Origin: Octopus vulgaris
Lineage: Eukaryota
Assembly (NCBI GenBank): GCA_951406725.2
Contig: OX597820.1
Coordinates: 68,076,001 to 68,140,000 of the forward strand
Reading direction: 5' to 3'
DNA: 64,000 bases
Below the pieces are notes generated by a model, which saw only the letters and a program-made list of their open reading frames with translations, searched no databases and was not told where the DNA came from. Shown piece by piece: positions 52,273-64,000 of the stretch (its first letter is position 1; each line of letters starts with the position of its first letter). The position numbers and the translations under genes were made by a program.

Positions 52273-55200
52273 TATATATATCGGGCTTCTTTTAGTTTCC
52301 GTCTACCTAATCCACTCAAAATTTTAGACGGCCCGGGGTTATGCCAAATTTCCACCCACCGTGATAGGATCCGAAAACATGTAGTTTGAAAGCAGGCTTC
52401 TTGCTACACAGCCATGCCTATACACCTACATGCAAGTAGACATATATTTTTACGTTTATACATGTTTAAATATATAAATATACAAATATATACAAACATG
52501 GATACATACACACTCATACACACACATTCACACGCACACGCACACACACACATGTATGTATATGTATACATATGCATCGTTATTTGTATAATTTGACGTT
52601 CTCCGTTCATTTTTTTTTAATATTTCAAATATTTTATACATAAAATGATCAAATATTTCAACGAAATTATCCTTATTTTAACGAAAATAACTTTGTTTTC
52701 TTTCAAAATATATGTGAATTATTTGTAAAAATTTTCTGAAGGAGTTAGCATCATAATTAACGTAATGATAATTCATTATATGGAGAAAAAAAGTTAATTT
52801 CTTCACAGAAATTACAGTGAACTCTGTATTTTGGGATCATAAAATTTTAGAATTTTCATATTTTTTCAAATATTCTTGCACAATTTGCACGTAATTATAT
52901 AATTCTTTCAAACTTAATTAACCATAAATATTCAAAATAGTTGGATTTTTTTTTAATGGGGGTGTATTACGTAAAGAAACATGTTAAGTTTCACCCAACT
53001 TGAAAATCTCCTCCAGGCACAAAGTTTGAAAACCCCGCCGGTGTTCACTAGTACTTCTTAATTATCTCCCTTTGATACACATTCTGTTGAATTGTTGCGT
53101 TTTATTCCTTTGGCAAAATCTTTTAACACTAGGTCTATGATTTCGAACCTTAATTATCTGAATTTGCAAAATCTGTTGTTATCCTTATTTTTTCATAATT
53201 TTTAGACAGTATTTTCTTTGTCTTTTTATATATTTTTAAATATTATTTCAACGCATACACACACTTCTCTAGAAAATGAAAAGCTGTTTATTTTTGTTAA
53301 TATATTATGGCTATTTCTAAATAGCAAACGTTTTCTCGAAAAACCGCGTCACACTTTTCTATTTATTATCTCTCAACATCCAACCATTCCTTTCAAATCA
53401 CCATTTGTGGAATAAATATATCTGTTTTAACTTTTAAACACAGTTCACACACTTTCTATTCTCTGTAGAAAACAAACATTTTAAATAATCGAACACATAT
53501 TAGCGTCATTTCTAAGTGTCGTCTATTGTCTGATTGACTTTGTATGATGGACAAGTTTGATGCCTTGTGTCTGATAGATATTGTTTCTTCTACTAGTTTC
53601 TTTTGTTTATTTTCCTCATTTAATCACCTCTGTATAGTTGAAAAGTTGTTGACAGAAAACAGGACTTTTTTTTTATCTTTCTTTGTTGGTCTTTGAAAGC
53701 AATAGAAAAGTCATGTTAAACATCAATTCATTGTGGATTCATAAAGTGAAAAACAAGTTTGAGGTTTTCAGACTCATGCTGTATTCTTCATGTTGTTGTT
53801 GTCTTTTTTTGAAATTTTATTTTTATTGTGTATGTGTGTATTTCTGGGGTTAAGGGGTTAGGGGAAGAGAGTGGAAGGAGCAAACATGGGAGAGGTGAGA
53901 TTCTATTTGTAATTATGAATAGGGTTACTGGTAGCAGATTCATTTGCAAAATGCTGAAAGAACGCTAAAGGAAATTAACTGAATGTAAGGAACAACGCGT
54001 CACTGCTGTTGCATTTACAACTTCAACTGATGTGGATTTTCTCTTCAACAAATGAAGAAACAATGAACAAACCAAAAAGAAAACTCCAAACATACATTGT
54101 CCGCACAGATTTGTTTTATTCCTTTTGTTTACCACCTTTTACATTCTGCTTTACTATATATGTATGTATATATATATATGTATGTATATACCTTTTTCTT
54201 CTTTCTTTTCAGCTTCCATTTTTTTTTTCCTTCAATCACACTGTAAGATTGTTTTAAAGAAAAGAAAAGAAGAACTTGCTTATCGTTACGCCTTCTTTTA
54301 TAGAATGTTGCTTTTCAGCTAGCCAAAAACGAACCAAATACAGCAGAAGGGGGGTAGGAGATATACATCTTGTATACTCATTTATTTCTTCTTGGGCGTG
54401 ATTAAAAAAAGGAAAAAGAAAAGAAAACTCGAGTAGTGTCCACTCAATTAACGACAGTTTTTTCCCTTTCTTGGCAACCTCTCCTTCAGAATACTACAGT
54501 TGAGATGATGGTGGCACAAGTCAGATCAGTTCTGTTCCCATGAGTATTAGTCGCTTATGTTCCCTGCAGATATTTTTCTCTCCATTTCTTTTTTTCCATG
54601 GTTCTTCCTTCGAACCCTTCAACGCGTCGGTTAGGTTTCTTGTATTGAATTGGAACACGGGTTGGGAAAGAGAGTATAGGTGGTCTGGTTTGCTGAATTA
54701 GCCTGGAAGATGGCGTAGTTCCGCAGGTGTCTTTAAGTCGGTCTATAACGTACGCTACTTGTTCTTACAGATCTGCTATATCCACTTGAATTAGGGATGT
54801 TGGAATAAACGACACCATGCCTCGCTTTATTTAGGAACATACGCCACGTGCTGTCTCGCACCACCGTTAGACACTCTATTCACAAGTTGGTCGAAGATAT
54901 GGAAAAAAGCGAAGCTAAATTACTGTTTGGGACCTATAGCTGGCGTGCATAGAATTTCTAACACTCCCGCCGGTTCTGAGTCCTATTAAAATGCATCTTT
55001 TCCAGCTGTTCGGACAGCCTTATTTATTTTTTTACATTTTTTTTTTATATTTCGTACATTGAAACCTTCTTTTTTGTCCCCCACCCCACTCCCCACTCTT
55101 TCTCACTCTTCTTGCTTGGCACTGGGACCATTAATTTGCACGTCCCGAAATCTTTTCTTTTTCTCTTCCCACTTTGCGTTTCTTTTTCTTTTTTTCCTTT

Positions 55201-56601
55201 TTCTCTTTTTCTTTATAAGGTTTGTTATCAGGGTTGAATTGTTGAAGCGTTTATTGAAGAAAGAAAGTTTCGCTTTCACCTTTCGTTTTTTACCTCTTTA
55301 TCTAAACTTCTTTTTTTACTTTCCCTAAGTTACTTCTGTCTCCAATTATCGTTAGTAAACTCTCTCAGACACTTCTTCCCCTTCTTTTGAACACAAATGC
55401 AAACTCTTCCATATTTCCTTTATTAATCTCATTCACACTTGTTTTCGTTTTCATCTTTTGCATTATTGCAATTTGAATTCGTATTCTTCTCCGATAGTTT
55501 TCTTTTCACGCCCTTTTTTTTTTCTTTTAAAAAATCTATTCTCAAATCTTTTTTCCCCTCCGTTCATTTTCATTCTTTTGTTTTCTTCTTCGTCAGTTAT
55601 TCATTTTTTTCCACATTTTGTATTCTGCATTTGCATCTTTCTTTTTTACATGTTCGTAAAATCTGTACCTTCAACTCAACAATTGAATGCAACAAACAGC
55701 CGCACATGCGCAGCCACACTCACAAACCAGCAGTTTATGTCAAATGCAGAATGTTTTATTCAAGTTTTTTCTTCCTCTTTCAATCATATTTACTAATATT
55801 TTTTTAAATACATGCATTTACGATTCTTAATCTCACAAATTTTAAGTGACGATTGTGTTTACACAGTAATTTTGATTTCCTTTTCTTTTCTTTTGTTAAC
55901 TTTAACAGGAAGAATGTTCTTAAAATGGTTGACACAGAACATGAATAAAAGAAAGTAAATCAAAACGCTATTTCAAACTCGTTCAAACAAAAATTAGCAG
56001 ACTATGGGATCACATATTAAACGTTTAATTTGTAATTTCAAACAATTTTAACAGAATATAACAAAAACTCTCCGTAATTTGTTAACAGTTTTATTTACTG
56101 GAAATTTTGATGTTATTTTTTCAAGAAACGTTCGATTCTATATTCTGAGTTTATGGTTTAAATTTTGTTGTTATAATATGAGAACTAAATTATTATTCTT
56201 GTCTTTTTAAGGAAGTGAAAAAAACCCCCAAAAAACAAACATGGGAAGGATATTCACTGCCCAAATATTTCTAAATGTTGAGTGGAGTTACATGCAAAAG
56301 AGTCACATGATCTTAGACTGGTAGCTAAGTTTCTCTACTATCAATTCCTAGAGACAGGTTAGAGTTCTAACAAAAAAAATCTCTTCTTCAGCACGTGCCA
56401 AACAATTATATTTTTTATTAAATAGAAGATAGAAATAAAAATAGACTAATTAAAACTATACACTAAAATATTGACTAAGTTTATCAAAAATAGTCAAGAA
56501 ATTTCAAAACTACTAATTTAAATAACGAATTTTTACATTTTAATACAAGAAATGTAAAATGAGCTGATGAGATGGAATGAGCGATCAATGTCCTTCTCAT
56601 T

Positions 56602-56632
<31 letters not shown>

Positions 56633-57560
56633 CAGCAGCAGTAGTAACAGTAGTAACAACAGTAGTCGTCTGCCACAACTGTACTAAGCCGAACGACAAC
56701 ACTCTTTCACAGGTCAGTCATCGTAGTCATTACATATTTATTGCCTACCAGAGGACTATGTTGTATAGCAACAAGATGTGATTAACCGTTTGATCTGCTG
56801 TGCACCTGTCTGAACATATTGTATGCTGTCCACTGTTCACTCGATTTTTATACACCTGTAGATCCTGGTAATAACCATAACAAAAGTATAAAGGTTCAAT
56901 TCTGCGAGAACGCTAGAGATGGTTTTCTCTAGCATTATCTTTGATGATGTCTCTACCGACATAACGTTTGGTGCCAGTCAGTTGCAAGTATTACAGGTAC
57001 TTTTGAGTGCATGCGTATTTTTATATTAGCTTGGGTATGAGTCGGACATAGTACCTTAAAGATGCAATAGCTGTGTTCCGGAATGTTGCGTATGTGTCTA
57101 TAGTCTTCGAGGTGGTTTTACTGGTAGTGACGGATAGGATTTGCTGCGACAACAAACTTTACTCCCCGAATGTTCAATTAGTTATACAGATTTTTATAGC
57201 TTCTGTTTCATTGTATAGGTGCTCTGTGCGTGTGTGCTGCTTTGTGTGAAACCTGTGGTCATAAGGCAACGTGATGTCTTGTACATTTTGTTGATAATTG
57301 TGGTTTGCGCTGGAGAGACTTGAATAACTAGGTACGAATAACACATTCTAAGATGAATCAACCGTATTTTGAAGTCATTCTTGTGCTACCTTTAAACTGG
57401 CCTCGTGGCATGCTTGTCATTCTATCCCAAGTATGTTTTGTATGCCCTTTCATTTTGCTGTCTTTTCCGGTTTCCTATTATGCTGTAAAAGTTATGGAGA
57501 TATTAAATGACTCCCGAGTATTTTTGCCTTCTCTTTGTGTGTGTGTGTATGTGTGTGTGT

Positions 57561-57634
<74 letters not shown>

Positions 57635-57659
57635 ACGTGTGAATGTCTGGCAAATTTAT

Positions 57660-57962
57660 AGTGTTGTTAGTGATATTTGGTGCTATTTTGGTATTAGCAA
57701 CTGTTGTAATAGCAGATGTAGCAGTCAAGGCTGTAGCAGCAGAAACAGCAGTAGTAGTTGTTGTAGTTACTACTACTACTACCACCAGCACCACCATCAC
57801 CACCACCAACATCACACCAGCACCAGCACCAGCACCAGCACCAGCACCATCACCACCACCACCGTCCCCGCCCCTCCCCCACCAGCACCACCAACCCCAC
57901 CCCACCCCACCCACCCACCCCATCCCCACCCCGCCCACCCCACCACCACCACCACCACCACC

Positions 57963-58023
<61 letters not shown>

Positions 58024-58025
58024 AT
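57660..58025. repeat. Mosaic of (GCA)/(GTA)/(ACC)/(CCAGCA)/(CTA) simple repeats
   Basis: Direct reading. Confidence 0.9.
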
Positions 58026-58231
58026 TATAATTTCAAATTTTGGCACAAGGCCAGCAATTTCGTAAGCAGATTTCATCGACCCTAGAACTCGACTGGTGCA
58101 TATTTTATCGACCCCGAAAGAATGAAAAGCAAAGTGAATCTCGGTGGCATTTGAACTCAGAACACGTAGACAGGCGAAATGCCGTTAAGCATTTTCTCTG
58201 TCGTGCTAAGGATTTCGACAGCTCGCCGCCT

Positions 58232-58293
<62 letters not shown>

Positions 58294-58306
58294 TAATAAT
58301 AATAAT

Positions 58307-58859
58307 ACCTGATGCAGTACCAGACAGTGGCTCTCGTGGCTTCTGATCTTAGCTGATTATAAGTGTCATCATGTACATTGTTTTGTTTTGGTATAAAAGA
58401 TGGGCTACTGCAAATATTCTGCTCAATACCACAGATATGCTTGTCAGTTGTTTGACCTTAACCAGTTGAGCATGTCCTTTAGTGGCTGACTATATGTGCA
58501 TCTCTGATCACGAGCAGAAGTAGTGGGGGAGCATCATAGCCGTGTGTTGAAAGGAATTCTTGGAGGTCTGAATAATTCACCTTTGGAAGCATGAGTGGTG
58601 CGTTCAACATCCTTAAACAATCCTTATTCAGGGACCTTTTGAGCGGGATGGGCTACTCGACCAGAAGAAAATTGTAACTGGGCCCCACCTGCAAGGTCAT
58701 ATGCTGTTTATCTTGATATGAGATCACTATGTCGCGCACATTTGGTTGTGATACATGTGCCTGGTGTACCCTTATCAGACGGGTAGTCACGATGGGTATT
58801 CTGGGCTTCGTATATTTTACCCCAGTCTCACTCTGATGGCATGCACTGCTCACTCACTC
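58307..58859 (+). mobile_element. Third copy of the (AAT)n-embedded element
   Basis: Alignable end to end with 45501-46054 and flanked by (AAT)n/(AAC)n. Confidence 0.85.
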
Positions 58860-59699
58860 AATCACAACAACAACAACAACAACAACAATAATAATAATCC
58901 TTTCTACTATAAGCACAAGGGCTGAAACTTGGTGAGAAGAGACTAGGAGGCTAGTCGATTACATCGACCCTTGAAAGGATGAAAGGTAAATTCGACCTCG
59001 GTGGAATAATATTAGACTTGATAGACATTACCCCTACCCCGTGGATACAGTATCAACAACATCACAATATTGGATACTGTGCGACGTCTCAAATGATTAT
59101 AATACCAACAACAATAATGGCACAAGGTCATCAACTTCGGAGGAGGGGGAAAGTCGATTACATCGAACCTAGTGTTCAATTGGTACTTTTTTTTATCAAT
59201 CCCGAAAGTATAAAAGGCAAAGTCTACATCGGTGGGATTTGAACTCGGAACTAAAAAAACGGACAAAATGGCACTATGCTTTTTTGTCTGGCTTGCTAAC
59301 GATTCTGCCAGCTCGCCAGCTTGGCACACGCTGTAAATTCCCTGATGATATCCACGCTTACTACCCATCCGTGCATCATCCAAACAGCCTGCCCGCACCA
59401 GAATCCGTGAAAGTGTCCTCCTATACGGATACAATAATTTTGTGTACCTCATCAGCAACAAAACGAAACAGTTCTCACATCGAGCAAATATCATTGCGTC
59501 CTCACCCTCATTCATGAACAGCATACAACTGGAACCCTCAGGATAACTTTAAATGTTGAGCTTACTCCAAGCATCCCAATGACTGTCTTTTCTCTTCTAG
59601 ATCAGAAAGTACTTAATTCTCAACTACCAGTGACGCCCTACTAAGCTCAGTTGAGGACTAAAATAGAATATTACTTCCCCAGAAAAGAGCCACCCGACT

Positions 59700-62635
59700 G
59701 ATTGATGTAAACTCATAGACATTCTTCACCGTTCTCCACAGGTGCAATATCTAATTTTTATTCCCTTTCTAAGACTAATATAATAGCCGCTGATCTGGGC
59801 TCATAAGGACCGTTGGCTGGGCTCATGCCATATCCTCTGGGCATTCTCGATATCCATCTCTTTTCACATTACCTTTATTGTACCTAACATCTCAGATCTT
59901 GCGCTAACCACTATGCTGTCATTCCACACAGATACTGGTTTGCAATAGTTCAGGAGAGACATTAAATGCTTCATTCTCGCTGCTGGCGAGGGCTTGCGAG
60001 GGCGACAGGCACTGCCTCTTTCTCTAGAACCAATTAGTAAAAAATGTCTCAAATAGGCTTGTATGAGGTACTATCACAACCGACATATGAAACGTCATAT
60101 GAGTGACCTCCCACTTCGACCATGATAACGATGGTATTCTATGGATAGGATTCGTGATCTCTACGGAGTAGTGATAAACAAGCGAGAAAGACAATGACAG
60201 CGAGAACAATATTACAATCAACTCGGAAGCTCGAACGCTGATTTCAGTTGACTAATGCTAGCTTGTTTTCCCATTTAGAGGCTTTTGCTCCGTGAACAGA
60301 CTAAATGGCCACCAATTGTAGGTATTTTGATGCATATATTTGGTCTCTCACGGTCTTAACTTTCCATCTCATGAAGAGAAATGTAGTCTTTGCAGAGAGA
60401 AGAACTATAGAAAATATATCTGACAAACAACAAATATATTTAATCACCGTTCACCAAGAAGCTCTGCGGATATCAAAATGAATACCGAGTCATCCTCAAT
60501 CACGGTTTCTCAAGCCCTCTAAGAATGGGGTGCTGATAATTGATAAAAATTGTGGCTAGCAAAAAACTGACCTTCTTATGAACAAAATAGGAGTCCCTTG
60601 CAATCTGGTCAGACACAATATGGTGAGAGTCACATTCTTATACGATAAAGAGGGGTGTTAGCTGCATACTTTCCGAATAAGATGAGGGTGGCCAGTATCC
60701 GCTTAAGCGGACCACGAAATTGATGTGCTTAGCTTCTTGTTCGTTTCATATCTCCAGCTAGATAGGAAATGACTGAGGTGACAAGAAGTTTGGTTAGTCT
60801 TATCCAGAAATAGCCTGAATGGTGCTATACTGGAAGTGTGGCGAACGTGTACATCATCTTTCTGACTTATTACCACCTGACCGTTGTGTCTTACTCCAGT
60901 TTTGATTTCACCACGTTGGATCAATTGTGATTCTCTTTCTTGAAAAGACACATCCAACTAGTTAGAGTGTTCCTCTACTGCCATCATCTTTTACTCGGAT
61001 TACTTGTGATGCTGTGGTCTACGTCGGCACGTGATGGTGCTGTGACATCTGCAAAAAATTTGATAAGCGTATATATGTGTGGTCGCAGTGTGTCAGAAAT
61101 GGTTTTCCACTGATAGTCATTTTGGATGAGTGTTAGTTCTAGGATTTAATAAACCTTTTAGAAGACACTAATTATGCACTTACAAGAGAGCGCAAGCAGA
61201 TCGACGGGTCCAAATAGCAGAGGTACAGCATATTGTGCACTTCCAAGTAGGTACATGCGATTTTACAGAAGCGTTTTATGGAACTGTTTGCGGTGAAAAG
61301 TGAGATGAAGTCAATAGGAACTTTGATGTCAAGCTGATGGCTTGTCACAAATTTTGGTCGAAGACGCCAATCGCTGAGAATTACCGACTTAGGGGATAAA
61401 ATAACGCACATGTTGAGCAGCAGTAAAATCTGCAAATCGCCTGAGCAGAGAATTCACCTCATACAACCCGTACATATATTTAGAAAATGAAACCGATAAT
61501 ATACAAAGCAGAGAAATGAAAGTAAAGAGTAGGAAATGGTATTACAGAAGAGTCAAGTTATATTCTTTTCTTCTCTATGCACAAGGCCCGAAATTTTGGG
61601 GGGAGGAGCCAGTCGATTAGATCGGCCTCAGTATGCAACTAGTACTTAATTTATCGATCCCGGAAGGATGAAAGGCAAAGTCGACCTCGGCGGAATTTGA
61701 ACTCAGAACGTAGCAGCAGACGAAATACCGCAAAGCATTTCGCCTGGCGTGCTAACGTTTCTGCCAGCTGACCACCTTAAGAGTCAAGTTATATTAAAAG
61801 TAGAATATAAAAAAGCTAAATCGCCTGATCTGGATGATCAACTCTGCAAACTTTATCATAACATCAGATTTGCCCTGTGCCTGCTGGAATTATAGAAATT
61901 AGCAGCTTGGGTGAACAGATGAAGGTGACGTTGTTAGGGAAGGCTCGGAGCAAGGGAGACATGGCAGACAACTAGTCCCGTAACTCTGTAACACATTTCG
62001 ATGAAGTGATGCCAAAAGTTGGTGCTTGACTTTGGTAGTATAGTCTAAAGCGCGCAAATGTGTGAGATGTCTATTAGACCTTTTCCTTACAACATCCACT
62101 TAATGGATTGGGACAGACTTGGCTTCGGTGAGGTTCTGTTTAGTTTAGATCAGTAGAAACTTAATATTTAATGTAAGCGTCTACATTTACTATGATATTT
62201 TGTAGATGAATGTAGTTATTATACTGTGGCCTTGCGCAACTAGTCTCAAAATTTCTGCTATTTGGCTTTAGTTCAGAGATTTTGAGCCAACATTTGCTTT
62301 TATTCTCTGACTTACAAGATATTGGTCCTTGAGTGGTTTTCTCTACATGTTTTTTTCAATATATTTGCGAAAACACGTCCAGTTGTTTTGGGTTTATCTA
62401 AATCTGTCGTTTCAACACATATGACGCACGTTTCATGTTCCTTATACTTAGCGGCTTTGCTACATTCTTAGTATTTCTCAAGACCTGCTGTTGCTGTTTT
62501 GTATTCATTTTGTATTCGTATCAGAGACCTTGTGTGTGAGGTAGGTATATTCTAACTACATCAGCTTTGGCATGGTAGCTTCCGAAGTCTATGAGAAGTA
62601 TTTTTCCAATGTCTAAATATCTCAACTCCCTTCAA
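59700..62635 (-). mobile_element. Highly degenerate RTE-like LINE remnant interrupted by later insertions
   Basis: Scattered, correctly ordered RT-like traces on the - strand: a KG.R..NYR-like segment near 62070, a split GFRSGR/DQIF-like region near 61830/61430, EIKTGVR near 60900, and a W..H-like segment near 60110. Boundaries are approximate. Confidence 0.45.
61565..61778 (-). mobile_element. Family B SINE, tail B monomer with 17-bp TSD
   Basis: AAGAGTCAAGTTATATT at 61548-61564 and 61779-61795. Confidence 0.9.
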
Positions 62636-62656
62636 ATCAGGTTTCCAGCTAAATAC

Positions 62657-62869
62657 TGGGTTGTCCGGAAAGTTCGTGTTGATTTTTAAAGGAAAGAAAA
62701 TGGTCAATAAATACTTGCCATTACATTTTTAATCAACCAAATATGAACCATTTTGTTGCACAATGCGTCTCCATCTTTCCTTTAACTTGAGAATACCCTC
62801 TTCCCAGAATTGAGGTGGTTTCATGGCAAAGAATTCATCAAGGTATCTTTTTACGTCATCCAAGGAATT
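62657..62869 (-). mobile_element. Mariner end fragment (same family as 1660-2227)
   Basis: TGGGTTGTCCGGAAAGTTCGTG...CATCCAAGGAATT aligns to 1660-1864. Only one TIR is present. Confidence 0.88.
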
Positions 62870-62977
62870 ACAGCTTCACTGAGTTGAAGCTGTAATAACT
62901 AATTGCAAAAAAACGAGCGTATTAACAAATATCTTCTTTCTAACATTATATCCTGCTTTTAATGTAACTTCACACTT

Positions 62978-63540
62978 AAGGCGGCGAGCTGGCAGAAACG
63001 TTAGCACGCCGGGCGAAATGCTTATCGGTATTTCGTCTGCCGTTACGTTCTGAGATCAAATTCCGCCGAGGTCGACTTTGCCTTTCATCCTTTCGGGGTC
63101 CATTAAATAAGTACCAGTTGCGCACTGGAATCGATGTAATCGACTTAATCCGTTTGTCTGTCCTTGTTTGTCCTCTCTGTGTTTAGCCCCTTGTAGGTAG
63201 TAAAGAAATAGGTATTTCGTCTGTCTTAACGTTCTGAGTTCAAGTTCCGCCGAGGTCGACTTTGCCTTTCATCCTTACGGGGTCGATTAAATAAGTAACA
63301 GTTACGCACTGGGGTCGATATAATCGACTTAATCCGTTTGTCTGTCCTTGTTTGTACTCTCTGTGTTTAGTCCCTTGTGGGTAGTAAATAAATAGGTATT
63401 TCGTCTGACTTAACGTTCTGAGTTCAAATTCCGCCGAGGCTGACTTTGCCTTTCATCCTTACAGGGTCGATAAATTAAGTACCATTTGCGTGCTGGCTCT
63501 TCCCCCAAAATTTCGGGCCTTGTGCCTAGAGTAGAAAAGA
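62978..63540 (+). mobile_element. Family B SINE trimeric array (tail A, tail A, tail B)
   Basis: Full head, three Nin domains, junctions (G/T)AAATAGGTATTTC. Confidence 0.9.
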
Positions 63541-64000
63541 ATATAACTTGACTATTGTGTAGTACCCTTTCCTTATCTTTGCCTCCATTTTTCTGTTTTG
63601 TACATTATCGGTTTCTTTTTCTAAATATACGGGTTGTATGAGGTGAATTCTCTGATTTCAGTATTTATGTTTAGTTTCACACACCTAGTTCTAGTACATC
63701 AATTATTGCATATAAAAGCTTTAGCGTTCATAGAAACTCCTCTAATTCCATATCCATTCTTATGTCTTGGCTAAACCTATGTACTATTTTTATCAGGTTT
63801 CCAGCTAAATATTATTTCTCGTAAATATTTTCAAACCATTCGTCGTTTATAGTTCCACTGTAGCATCATCTGTTCCTCATTGTTATTTCATTCAACGTGC
63901 TTGTTAATGGCGTCAGTACAAGGCAAAAGATTTTGGGGTGGATATAGAAACCCCTTGAAAAATTCTTCTGCTTATAGATATTGGGCTGATTCTGTCTCTT

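Noticed and set aside
53979-53998. GAATGTAAGGAA, resembling miR-1/206
   Set aside because: Only a partial match with the wrong 5' end and no hairpin.
56851-56875. TACACCTGTAGATCC, resembling miR-10/miR-993
   Set aside because: There is an insertion in the seed, the 3' half does not match, and no precursor hairpin is visible.
57492-58085. ORFs resembling a signal-peptide, Pro/Thr-rich protein
   Set aside because: Composed almost entirely of trinucleotide and hexanucleotide microsatellites that are open in several frames, and it runs into a SINE.

Overview
AT-rich, microsatellite-saturated eukaryotic DNA that is mostly intronic or intergenic. The SINE families and repeat landscape suggest an octopus or other coleoid cephalopod; this is an inference. 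Nearly all ORFs in the supplied track are microsatellite translations. Recognisable content includes a 5'-truncated but nearly intact CR1-group LINE (39.06-41.5 kb), degenerate RTE-like and Penelope-like (GIY-YIG) remnants, mariner and Tigger MITEs, Helitron derivatives, many copies of two main tRNA-SINE families, and an (AAT)n-embedded retroelement. Three things stand out. (1) About 14 minimal type-I hammerhead-ribozyme motifs from at least 8 sequence families. Many have non-canonical cores (U4C, A6U, U3-A8) or long stem-II inserts, and several sit as back-to-back inverted pairs in Penelope-type short elements. (2) A Nin-domain SINE with two alternative 3' tails, one shared with a LINE-like 3' end in the window, which forms in-register tandem arrays that appear to change unit number in place. 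(3) A candidate spliced minus-strand gene for a secreted peptide at 35.9/34.8 kb that is absent from the ORF track. All motifs were read by eye and none has been computationally or experimentally confirmed.
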